From: Thecamonas trahens ATCC 50062
Lineage: Eukaryota > Protista > Apusomonadida
Length of the DNA stretch: 64,000 bases
NCBI RefSeq assembly: GCF_000142905.1
Contig: NW_013657658.1
Span: 310,001 to 374,000 of the forward strand
Direction of reading: 5' to 3'
Every line of letters starts with the position of its first letter. Position 1 is the stretch's first letter. A model generated the notes under the pieces. It was not told the origin of the DNA. It saw nothing but the letters and a program-made list of their open reading frames with translations, and did not search any database. Of this stretch, positions 1 through 11,456 are shown piece after piece. Both the position numbers and the translations under genes were made by a program.

Positions 1-371
1 CTCCCAAGGGGGGGTGTGGGGGGGGGGGGGGCAGGAGGTGGTCTGTGAGAGAGCTGCAGAGGTGCAAAGGCAAGAGGCTGGCTGGTGTGCCGGCCAAGAC
101 GTCGCAGTTTGGGCGCGTTGCTGGAGGTGGCTACCATCATCATCATCATGCTCCACTTTGGTGAGACCTCATTCTCGAAGCTTGCATCGCCGGCAATCTT
201 GTGTTGTCTTTTGTTGCCTTGATTGCCACTATTGTCCTCCGCCGGTGATATTGAGTCGATGACAGAGCTGTACATCAACTATCCCCCCGGCCGGGCTGGG
301 GCCATCGGGGAGGGCTGTACGACTCTTCAGACAGCTGAAGAGCCAGCATCTGGATCCTGATCTCTTAAAAA

Positions 372-1486
372 CTAGTGATCATCGTAGCCATACTTCTGAC
401 CATCACCGTAATAACCTTGGCTGTTGCTGTGCCCAGAGTCACGCCGAAAGTCGTAGTCAAACTCGCGTACGTCGTCGCTGTCAAAACCCGGCGGCGAGTG
501 CAGGTCGGCCGGGGTGACCGCGGCGGGACGCGCGCTCCTGCCGTGGCCTCGCTGGCGGCCACCGGGCGAGCGTGCATCGGGATTCGAGAGTTTTGGCACT
601 GGGCGGGCACGAAACATCCGGGCTTGGCGGGCCTCGGCTTCCTTGCGCTCCTTGCGGCTTGTCCGGCCCTTGACGCTTACATCTGCGGTGCGCCGCTTCT
701 TGCGTGCCTTGCGCTGCACCTGCCAGCCCGGCTGGCGCGGCTCGGCTACCTCCTTGATCACCATGCGCCCTGCCCTTCGTGTCCCCCGCGCGGCGCTGCT
801 TCCCGCGCCCGGGGGAGAACCGTCCGTGCGCGCGTGCCGCGACACTGCCGGCGACTTGCGCCGTGTTGACCGCCGCGGCTGGCTCGATGCCATCTTTGAC
901 CGCTGTTCGCGGGTCATGGCGCCTGGAGCAACAGCCGAGACGGTTGACATTGCAGCAGCCACACCCTTGAGCAGCTCATGCGGCTGGGCCATGTCATCCG
1001 CCAGCGACACCGTCCGTCCCGATCGCCGTCTCGGCGGCACCCCCCCGTTGGCCCTCTTTGCCCGCTCCCGTCCCAGCACCCGCTCCCGCAGTTTGGCATA
1101 CTCCGACTTGGCAGGAGGGTGACCATATCCGTAGCCCTGACCATGGGCATAGCCATAGCCATCGCCATCGCCATCGCCATGGTATCCACGTCGTTGTTGA
1201 TGATGATGCTGGTGATGTTGATGTTGATGATGATGACCCACTCCATGATGACCACCTTGATCACCACCATATCCGTATCCGTTCGCCACATCATCGCCTT
1301 GCCCATGATATTCAACCCATACCCATACCCATGCCTGTCGCCGCCACCATCACCACCACCACCACCTCCTCCACCGCCACGCCGCCGCCCGCCACCGCCA
1401 CCGCCACCTCGTCCTCCTCTCCGTCGCTCATGGACCGGAGGAGCCATGACGGTAGCCTCGGCTCCAAAAGTCACGTTCTTTCCCAT
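372..1486 (-). CDS. Gly/His/Tyr-rich low-complexity protein with a TPX2-like FRARPVP motif (~371 aa after one frameshift repair)
   Basis: ORF 914..1486 (MGKNVTFG..., poly-Gly) joins ORF 372..1289 if one base is added near 1313-1318 (GYG-[F/V]EYHGQGDDVANGYGYG). ARQARMFRARPVPKL resembles the F(K/R)ARP(M/V)P motif of TPX2-family microtubule-associated proteins. Confidence 0.55.
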
Positions 1487-1770
1487 GCGTCACCGACAGG
1501 TCCACCTCCCCCTGGTCAAGCTCCACGCAAGACTAGACTACGCACAGAGTGTGGTGTGTCGCCCCTTTGCTCGCTTTCCCGTTCCCGTCGCTGTTGGCAT
1601 TCACCGCCGTCATTGCCTTTTGGGCGTTGGTTGTCATTGGCATTCGTTCCTTCCATTGGCGTTCATGGCTGCTGCCACTGAACAATGGCGGAAGCACGCA
1701 GCTGATGGATGAGCCACAACAACACACATCCATGTCATGTCACCCATCGCCTGGCGTTGATCCTTTACTG

Positions 1771-4700
1771 CTAAAAGTCGTAGATGAACCAGTCGAGGGA
1801 AGAGAGCTCGAGGAACTTCATGGCCACAAACGGGTGGAGGCCGCCCATCTCGTACTGGGCGCGTAGGATGCACTCGACCTGCGACTGACCCTTGTTGCGG
1901 AGCATGGCCATGATCTCCTTCTCGTCCTCGTGGAACTTGGCGTTCTTCCGTGCCCACCGCCGCCGCGCTCGTTCCAGCCGCATAAAGTGCGACTTGGTCT
2001 CTTCGATGCGCCCGTCGAGATGCGCCCGCACGTCGTCGAGCGCCGTCCGCTTCTTGGCGTTTGTCGCGAGCGCCCGCGCGAGCGCTGCGTGCTCGACCTT
2101 GAGCGTACGCAACGCGGCCTCCTCGGCCGCGTTTAGCTTGCGCCCCGCCCCGCTCAGCGAGCTCTGCGCGGCCTCGACCTGCTCCATCCGGGTGTGCATC
2201 TCGCTGTCGGCGTCCTCGATGTGCGCCACGGCGTCGTCGTTGAAACCGAGCTCGATGTCGAGCTTCTCGGTCTCGAGCGCGAGGCCTTGCTCCTCGAGAT
2301 CGTACCGTCGCGCTTTGAGCCGATGCTGCTTCTGCCGGACCTTGAGCAGTTGGTGTCGCATGGTGAGACCCTTGGAGGCTGTCACCTCGCGGCGGTCGAG
2401 TACCTTGCGCTTTCGGATCTTGAGGTCCTGCGTCCACTCGTCCACAGACACATTGGCGCTCTCCACGGCCTTGCTCAGCTTGCGTGCCTCGCCCTGCGTC
2501 TGGGAAATCATCGCATGTAGCCGCGGCTTTTCGCTCGGCGCTATGCCCGGCAGCTGCTGCTTGAGCCGGTCGATGTCGGCGTGCTTGGCGTCGAGTGCAG
2601 CCTGCTGCTTCGCCACCTCTTCTTTCCGCGCCTCCAGCCGCTGGAACTCAAGGGTCAGGTCGTGATCCTGTGCATCGAGCCGCGCAGACTCGTCGCTCAT
2701 GTCTTTCTCCACAGACCCATATGAGGCAAGGAGCTTGGCCTCACGGTCCTGAAGCGCCACTTCCTCCTCTTGCACCTCCATCATCATCGACTGCAGCTGC
2801 TCCTCCTCGTGGAGCAGCGTCCGCCACTGCTTCGCCGCCTTGCCGCCTTGGAACGAGCGCTGGTAAAGCGCCACGTTTTTGCTAGCCACGTACGTCTCTT
2901 CGCGCAGCTGCGCCGGCGTCGGCGACGTCGACCGCGACCGCCGAGGCGATGCCTCGCGCGAGCCACCGATGTTTGCTCGCGTCGGGCTCAAGGTTGCCGC
3001 GCTCGCCCCGTCGCGCTCTGCGTCGAGCTCCTTGCGCGCCTTAGCGTACGCCCGGAGCTTGGCCACATACGCCGGCGACGCGTCCGGCGCCATCGAGTCC
3101 ATCAGCTCGTCGTCGTCCAACGAGCCCGAAGATGAGCCCTCGTCGTCGTGCACTACCCGCGAGTTGCGCTTGATGAGAGAGGTAACCTCGCGCAGCGAAC
3201 CATGCAGCGCCGTGTCAGCCGCCAGTGCCGCCGTCAGCCGCCGCACCTGCGCCGCTGCGCTTGCCCGACGCGCCTGCATCTTGTGCAGCTCCTCGCTCGC
3301 CTTTTTCCGCTGCTCTTGCAGCGACGCCACGCTCGGCGCCGACGAGCCGAGCACCACCTCGCGCGACCGGAAGTCTGCAATCTCGTACTCGAGGTCGCGC
3401 GCCTGCACCTCAGCCGACTGCACAAACTCGCGAAGCTCCATGATCTTCTTGCGCTTCTCGGCTTGCGACGCCGGAACTACTGTCAGCTCCGCATCCACCA
3501 ACGCCTGGTGCGAGCGGGTCTCGCTCAGCTGAGTGCGCGCAGCCTCGACAGCTTGCTCGTCGCCCGCCTCGCGCGCCTCGGCCTCGCGGATCTCCAGCTC
3601 GGCAATCCTGGCGACAAGCTCATCGTGGATGGTCTCCACCTCGTCCTCGCTCAGATGTGCACACTCCTTGGCTACCGCCACCACCCGGAACCGCGCCGTG
3701 TCCAGAGCACGTTCAGCCTCAGTAGCTGCGGCCTCGTCACCCGCCGCCTGGGCGGCATCAAGCTTGGCCTCCAGCCGCACAACCTCGGCGTTGGCTTGGT
3801 GCAGCGCCTTGAACCGTGCCTTGCCGTCGAGTTGCTGTGCCTCGAGATAAACTAGCCGGCGCTCGAGCACCACGCGCCGATCGTCAAGTGCACGAGTCAC
3901 ATCAGATCCGCTACCAGCCTCTTGCGCTGCCGCCAGCTGGCTCTCTACCTTGCGCAGCTCGATCTGCGTCTTCCCGGCCTGGGTCTGGAAGTGGCGAACC
4001 GCGGCAGCGCGGGCATCGTCCTTGGTAGATGCGCCGCCGGCGCGCCCACGTCCGCGTCCGCGCTGCAGTAGCGAGCTACGCCCACGCCCTCCACCTTTGG
4101 GCTTGGGTGGTGGTTCAACCGCAAGCACCTGGTCGGCGTAGTGAACCTCTGCCAGCTGCCGCTCCAGCGTCGCCAGCACCTGAGATGAGACACGCTCGTG
4201 CCGCTGGTGCGCCGCGCCGCGGACTAGGCCGCGCCGGGCAGAGATCTCGCCTCGCAATGCGGCTTCTTCTGCGCTGATCTTCTGCCGCACCGCGGTGCGA
4301 GCGCTGGCTTTGAGCGCACGGGTGTGTTCCGACAGCGTCCTCGTCCGCGCCCGTAGCGCGTCCAGCTTGACCTCCTGGTGCTCACGGACCTGGGTCGAGT
4401 TATCTAGAATCGACTCGCCAAGCTCGGCCAGCTGCGAGTCGCCTTGCTTGGTCGACTTTTCGCCCGCGAGCTCAGAGTGCAGGTCATGGAGTCCGAGCTC
4501 CTTGGCCGTCAGCTCGGCTGTCACAGTTGTCAACGCCTCCACACGAGCATGCGCCGCGTCCACCTCGCCTGGCACCCTGTCGGTCTCCAGTGTCGAGCGC
4601 TTCCGTGACGCCGACCCAGCCCTTCCACCGCCGGACGTCATCATCTGCTTCAGCTGCACCTCGGTCGACTCTTTGCCCATCTGTTCCAGCATCGGCGCAA

Positions 4701-7700
4701 GCTTCTGCTCCAGCTCGGCCGCCTCCTTTTGCTGCTTCTTGCCCGGGCTCGACTCGGACGATGCTGGTGCATCGCCATCGTCAGCATCTGAGCCCGACCC
4801 GGAGCTCGGTCCCGAGCGTGAAGCCCGAGCCCGAGCCCGGCTCGAGTCCGAGCTGGCCTCTGAGCCTGAGCGGCTTTGTAGCGCCGCCGTGGCCTTAAGC
4901 GGCCCCGATTCACCTGTCTTGCCTGCTCCCGAAGCGGTCCGAGTCTCGGCTGACGCGGCCGCTTTGCCAGACGTCTTGGCCGACGCCGTGGCCGACGCCT
5001 TGCCCTGGCCCGCTGCACGGACTCCGGCACCTGGCAGCGCCTTCTCTAGTCGCAGCAACACTGGATGGGTGGCGTCCACGCCAGCCTCCCTGGCCACTTC
5101 GGTCTGCCGCACAGCATGGGCCTCGACAAGCGGAGCGTCAACTAGAGTCGGTGTGATCTTGGCGAGAACCCGTTCGAGACGGGCCACTCGCTTCTCAATC
5201 TTGGGCTTGCGAGTCGCTTGTCCTTTGCTGCCGCCAGACCCAATCGCGTCCTTGGCCAGCAAGTTGGGCATACAGCAGCTCGACCTGATCCTCGAGTTTC
5301 GGGAGCGGCTGGCGCTTGCGCATTCGAGAAGCCGACGGCGAGTCCATCGCACCAGGGCCATCATCCGCACCAGAGAGACAGCTTGACGGACGAACTTGAG
5401 CCGGAACTCGAACTCGAACCCGAACCCGGGCCCGAGCCTGAGCCTGAGCCTGAGCCCGAGCCCGAGCCCGAGCCCGACCAGGACCCGTCCTCTTGGATCG
5501 CATTTCCACCTTCTGCGGCCCGAACAGCAGTGACCAGCAGCGCGTCTTCGCGCGCAGGCGTCCCGCCGTGCATCGCCAGAGGGGACGACGGCTTGGGCGA
5601 GGTCCGCGACGATGGACGCGAGCCGGTGCCAACCAGCTCGGTGATGGACGGCGAGCGTGTCGCTCGCATCCGCTGAACCTGCACCCGCTGCTCCTCGATG
5701 GTCGTGTTCTGCTTCTCCAGCTGCGCCAACTGCCGCTTGAGCGCAGCAACCTCGCCGGTCGACTCTGCCCTTGCAAGCTTGCTCTCGACAACCACCCGCT
5801 CGCGGGCCACCTGGTCTAGCCGCCGCTGCAGCTCGCGGTCGCGGCTTTGAAGCTTTGAGTACCCGCTGTCAAGGCCGGGCGAGCCCGGCGATGCGACGCG
5901 ATGAGGTGTTGCGGCCGCTGGACTATCCACATCGTGTGTAGACCCGTCGTCGTCAACCTTGCCACCGACACCGTCGCCTTCATAGAGGACACCGAGGACG
6001 GTGACCACCGAGTCGAGCGTATGCTCCGACTCGGCAAGCTCCTCTCGCACTTGGATTTTGCGTTGCCGCAGCGTGTGCAGCTTCTCAGCATCGCGCCCTG
6101 GCTCGAGGCGGGCCTCGGCAGCAGCGAGCTGGGCTTCACGCTTGCGCAGCGTCTGGATTCGGTCTTTGAGCTCGGCCTTGGTTGCCACCAGTTTGTCCTT
6201 CGTCCGGTCGCCGTCGAGGTGGGGCATTGCTATGATGTGCGAGATGCCCGAGCCGGACGGCGAGCACGACGAGTCGTGGTCCGCACTCTTGCTGCTTCCG
6301 GGCGGGGAGCCAGGAGCAGCGCTGCCAGAAGCTGCTGCCTCCACATCACCCGACCCGTCCTCTGGTCGAGCACCGGCTCCGCCGCTGGAGACGCCCGGCT
6401 CGGCCGAGCTCTCGCGCGACCGCGCCGAGCGATCGCTGCTGCTACGGTCGCTATGGGTGAGAACCCGCAGCCGCGCCTTGCGCTTGAGGTCTTTTCACGG
6501 CGCGCAGACGTTGCCGCTGCCAACTGGGCATGGAGCTCGGCCTGGACCTTGGCGCGTTCGCGCGCCATGTCTTCGAGCGACGCGCCGTTGAGCTCCATCT
6601 CGCGCAGCCTAAGCGCCGCAAGCTGAGAACTCACGAATGAGTCCTTTTCTTCAACTAGCGTCGCCAGCGAGTCCATTGCCTGTTGTTTGGACGCGTCTGC
6701 AGGGTCAATGGCGGCAGCCTGCAGCGAAAGCGAGGTCCGCAGCGTTTCGACCTGCTCCATCTGCGCCTCGAGCTCGGCGCGCCGCGCAGCCACGTCGTCA
6801 GTCGACTCGACAGGCGGCGCCGCCAGATGCAGCGCCTCGGCAAACTCGGCAGCGTCGGCAGCTAGCCGTTCGGCTGACGCAGTCTCAAATTCCTCACGCT
6901 GTGCCGCCAGCCGTGGTTCCAGCTGCGCCCGCAGCGCGGTAAGCTCCTTTTCGCGTGCGCTCACCGACGCCTCACGCTCATCAAGCTCGTTCTTTCTCGC
7001 CGCCAGCTGCGACTTGAGCTCGGACAGCTCGTTCTCTTCAGCATCGAGCTCAGCCTTGACCTTGAGCAGCCGCTGGTGCTCCTCATGCAGTTCGGCGAGG
7101 GCTGGATTGTCTGTGGCCGCCACCGCAGCCGTCGCCACCGAGGGAGCCTCAGTCTGAACACCCTCGTCTTCGGTAGGGTGGAGAAGAGGTGCACCCGGCT
7201 CGACACTCGCGGTGGCGCGAGCAGCCTCCATGGCTTGCATCTTCTCCCGAAACTTGGCCTGGGCCTGCTTGAGCTTCTTAGCCTTGCGAACGAGCTCGGC
7301 CTTTTTGGCTTTGAGGTCGGCCTCTTGGTGAAGAACAGCAGATCGCTCATCATTGAGCAGCACGAGCTGGGCCTCGAGCTCGGCGGTGTTTGGTGCCGAT
7401 GGCCCAGCAGTGTCAGGATTGGCAGCAGTTGCGTCGGTGCCAGAAGCAGCGTTGATGAACGGCAGCGCCGCGCTTGGCAGCGGCGTGTTAGGAGTGAGTG
7501 TGATGTCGATGCCCGGCTTGTTGGCATCACCCGGCGCGTAGGCCACCGGAACGACGAGCCCGTTGTGCCGCCGCCGGTAGCGGACAAGGAGAAACAGGAG
7601 GAGGAGGCAGCAGAGAATGAGAAGGACAAGCCAGAAGACCCAAAACCAGAACGAGGTCGGCTCGACAAGAGGTGATGGTGCCGACGACGGCGAAACAATG

Positions 7701-10084
7701 CCGATACCGGTGGCAGTCGAGACTGCGCCTGGCGGCGGTGGTGGCGACGACGCGCCCGGCGGAGGCGGAGGTGGCGGCGATGAGGCTGGCGGCGGAGGAG
7801 GCGGGTTGTTGGGTGAACTTGGGGTTCCTGGCGGCGGCGGTGGCGGTGGCGAAAACGTGGGTGGTGGCGGTGACGGCGGTGGCGGCGGAGGTGACGGGAG
7901 GCCGCCCGGCGGCGGCGGGGACGCTGTGCCCGGTGGCGACGGCGGCGGCGGCGGACAGGCAGACCGGTCGCCGATGCAAGTGCCGTAGCCATCGCAGGCG
8001 TCGGCAACCGAGCAACTTGCGCCATCGTTGCACGAGGTGCCCGCAGCGGTGTATGAGTTGGCCGGACACGACGGCGCCGAGCCTGAGCAGGTCTCGGGTA
8101 CGTCGCACGACGAAGCTGCGGCGCGGCAGACAGTCGAGGCCGGGGCGTAGGCGTTGGCCGGGCAAGACGCCGAGACACCATCGCATCGCTCTTCGACGTC
8201 GCAGGGTCCAGTCGGAAAGCGGCAGATGACGCCTGATGGCTCAATAGAGCAAGACGAGGAGCAGCACGTGCCCGGCGCGCCTCCGTGGTCGCAGGCTTCG
8301 GGCCCCTCGACCACGCCGTTGCCGCAGACGCAGACCACAGTGCCCGAGACACAGGTCCGCGACGGCGATCCGGCGCAGGTGTCGCCAGTGGTGCAGATAG
8401 AGCCATCTTCACATGGCGCGCCGGCGGCCTTGGCGACGTCGGCCGGGCAGACAGCCGACGTCCCGGTACAGGTCTCGGGCAAGTCGCAGTCTGAGGCAGC
8501 CGGGCGACAGACGGCCGAGGCCGGACGGAAGCTGCAAGTCACGGGGTCACAGCACGACCAGTCGCCGTCTACCGGGTCGCACGCCTCGCCGCACTCGACC
8601 ACACCGTTGCCACAGGTGGCTGCGGAGCCGGGACTTGCCACTGCCGAGTAGATGTCCCAGTCAAAGGTGCCCGAGGTCATGCCGGCATAGACGGCAGTAA
8701 ACGAGCCGTTGACCGTGCCGACCACGGTCGGCTCGGCCTGCGGCAGCGAGTCTGACGACGCGCTCGGCTCGAGTGCGCTCGGCGCAGCAAACGATGAACC
8801 GCCATTGATTGAATGTGTGACCAGGATGTCGTCGTCAGCACCAAGCGTCGATGAGAGGGTCGACGACGAGACCCAGAGCGCGACAACAATGCAAGGATCT
8901 GCCGCGGCGTAGCGGATTGCAACCGAGTGGTCGTTGCCGTCGTCGGACGGTGCGTTGACGTTGAGGATGTTGACTGCCGACCATGACGCTCCGCCGTCGA
9001 CCGAGCGCGAGTACAGAATGTCGGTGTCGGAGCCAAGAGCAACAAAGGTGCCTGTGGACGGGCGGGTGTACGAAGTGGCCTCCGAGTGCCAGGTCACGGT
9101 CCACACCCCGTCAGTGGAGACGGACAGGCTCGGCGAGTAGTCGCGGGCGGAGCCGTCGGACGCCGCATTGGACGCGATCCGTAAGGGCGCGGTCCAGATA
9201 GCGCCGGCGGCGTCTGTCGAGGTGGCAAAGAAGATTTCAAAGTCGGAGCCGGTGCTCACACCGCCGCCCCACGAGCCAGGCGCGTACCAGACGAGGCCGA
9301 GCGGCGATCCCGCCAGCATGGGTGCGGCAAAAGCAGGCGCATACTCGGACTGAGAGTCCGCGGTGGCCAGCGCGGGGAAGAGCGGCTCCGGCGAAGCCCA
9401 GCTTCGTCCGTTGTCGGATGACCGGGCGACAAGCAGGTCGATGTCGGTGCCGAGTGCGCCGGCCGAGCCGACGGCAGACTCGTCCGACTGCCACACGGCG
9501 AGCATGGAGCCGTCTGCGGTGGCGATCAAGGCGACAGCGCGGTCATCACCCGAGTCGGCGGCGTAATTGGTGTTGACGTAGTGCGGCGAAGTGGCCTCAA
9601 ACGCGCCTGCGGCGACGTTGTAGACCGCGGCGACAATGTCCTCGTCGGCGCCTACGGCGGTCCAGGCGACGACTACCGTCGAGCCGTCTGCCGAGAGCGC
9701 GAGCGCAGCGGCGATGTCGTCATCGGCCGCCGAGTCTGTTGTCGCAGCAGCCGGAACAACCAGTGCAGGGCTTGTCCAACTCACACCAGCATCGAGCGAG
9801 ACGACGTAGACGAGGTCGGCGTCCGAGCCGGCCATGCCACGACTGGACCATACAGCCAAGACGGCAGCTCTAGCGACGCCACCTGGGACGGTAAAGACAG
9901 CAACAGCAGGATTAATGTCTTGGTCAGCATCGGTACTTCCACTTGGATCCAGATGACCTTGCGGTGACCATGTCGGTGGTGACGAACCATCCGCAGGCCG
10001 GGTGGTAGCTAAGAGGAACATGGTGAGAAGGACGACCACAGCAGCTGCCAAGCCCTGCATGCCATGACCATACCCTCGTACCAT
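1771..10084 (-). CDS. Giant type I membrane protein: signal peptide, BNR/Asp-box (sialidase-like) repeats, disintegrin-like Cys-rich repeats, poly-Pro stalk, one TM helix, ~1,900-aa coiled-coil-rich tail (~2,770 aa after three frameshift repairs)
   Basis: ORFs 6230..10084, 5361..6344, a short stretch of the 5195..5791 frame and 1771..5370 join at TTTT 6492-6495, near 5372-5378 and near 5253-5269. Asp-boxes: SLDAGVSW, SSDNGRSW, SVDGGASW, SINGGSSF. Disintegrin-like: CGNGVVECGEACD, CRPAASDCDLPETCTG. TM FWFWVFWLVLLILCCLLLLFLLV followed by RYRRR. Heptad-rich E/K/A/L/R tail. Confidence 0.75.
5397..5476 (-). repeat. Coding hexanucleotide repeat encoding a (Gly-Ser)n linker
   Basis: Tandem gagccc/gagcct/gaactc units on plus; minus frame reads SGSGSGSGSGSGSGPGSGSSSSSG. 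Confidence 0.8.
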
Positions 10085-10622
10085 TGCTTGCCACTCCCAC
10101 CACAGTCACTCCCACAGAAAGCGCAGAGGCTAAGCTGGAGGCTTGAGTGGGATGAGGTTGTGGGGTGGAGGAGAGGGGCGTATACCTATGCCTGTGCCTG
10201 TGCAGGGGCTGGGGTTTGGGAGGGGGAGGAAGGTCAGAGTGTCGCGCGCGCGCGCGATCGATCGCCGCCGACAGTCGACAGCCGACACGGGCAGGGGGGG
10301 GGCGCGGGTGTGTGGGGGTGTGGGGATGTGGGATCGGTTGCGGGAGAGGAGAGGAGAACACGAGGAAAAGAGAAAGGGGAAGGTGTGTATGTGAGAGGAG
10401 GTTTGTGTGTGTGTGTGGTGTGTGTGTGTGTGTCAAAGTGTTCAAGTATCTCGGCTTGATCGAGGTGGTTCGGTGGCCGTGTCAGTGGCGGCAGCACAAT
10501 GGTGGTGGTGTTGGTGGTGGAGACATGCCCCGCCCGGCCCTCCTTGCCTGACACTTCGCGTGCGGCACCACGTCTCCACACACGCATCCAGCCACCCCCC
10601 CCCCCTCCTATTCGAGGCGGAT

Positions 10623-11426
10623 ATGGCCATGTCTGGTGTTGAAGGATGGTGGGCTGGACTAGTGACCTCCTTCCCCTACTCTGAACGGACGCTGTTCACG
10701 GCAGCTGCCTTTGCTGTGCACGAGATGGTGTTTGTGGGCGTCAATGTGGCACTCTTTGCTGTTCATTGGTTGGGCCTGTTCCGCGAGTACAAGATCCAGA
10801 GCGCCAAGTTTCCATCGGGATCACTGCTGGCAGAGACGGTGAAGACCATTGTCATCAATCATTTGATCGTCCAACCGCTTCTGTTGTGGTATCTGTACAT
10901 TCCCTTCAAGGCCATGGGCTTCCACATCTCGCCGCAGCTGCCATCGGCTTGGGAGATGGTGTGGCAGATCGCTGTCGCCGTCGCCGTCAATGAGACTCTC
11001 TTCTACTTTGCTCATCGGACGCTCCATACGAAAGCCTTGTACAAGGCCATTCACAAGCAGCATCATCGCTACCATGCCGCCGTGGGCATTGCCTCTGAGT
11101 TTGCCCACCCGGTTGAGGATCTCCTTGCCAACGCCATTCCCACTCTGGCCGGCATGTTGCTGGTCGGCCCGCATCTGGCCACGCTGCTGGTCTGGCTTGC
11201 GCTGCGGGTGCTTGAGACGGTCGACGCCCACTCGGGCTATGCCTTTCCTTGGTCGCCCTTCCACTTTATGGACGTCGCCGGCAAGCACGACTTTCATCAC
11301 TCGCACAACGTCGGCTGCTTTGGCACCTTTTTCTCGGTCTTTGACATGATCTTCCACACCGACGAGGCTTACCTCCGCCACAAGCACAAGCTCGCTACCG
11401 CCGCAGCAAAGGCCAAAGCCAAGTAG
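10623..11426 (+). CDS. Fatty acid hydroxylase/sterol desaturase family, most like C-4 methylsterol oxidase (ERG25/MSMO1-like)
   Basis: Three His boxes HRTLH, HKQHH, HDFHH; YKIQ, EFAHPVE and ETVDAHSGYAFPWSP motifs; hydrophobic segments. Start placed at ATG 10623 (or 10629), not the upstream GT-repeat in-frame start. Confidence 0.85.
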   Translation: MAMSGVEGWWAGLVTSFPYSERTLFTAAAFAVHEMVFVGVNVALFAVHWLGLFREYKIQSAKFPSGSLLAETVKTIVINHLIVQPLLLWYLYIPFKAMGFHISPQLPSAWEMVWQIAVAVAVNETLFYFAHRTLHTKALYKAIHKQHHRYHAAVGIASEFAHPVEDLLANAIPTLAGMLLVGPHLATLLVWLALRVLETVDAHSGYAFPWSPFHFMDVAGKHDFHHSHNVGCFGTFFSVFDMIFHTDEAYLRHKHKLATAAAKAKAK

Positions 11427-11456
11427 CCCGATCTCCGCCGTTGCACGAGTTCAAAA

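Noticed and set aside
1-275. Minus-strand ORF from ATG 275 running off the window (MYSSVIDSISPAEDN...)
   Set aside because: No recognisable motif, ends in poly-C sequence and is truncated; not enough support for a CDS.
323-342. Hairpin CTCTTCAG-acag-CTGAAGAG
   Set aside because: A single 8-bp stem is expected by chance in 64 kb, and intrinsic terminators do not apply to a eukaryote.
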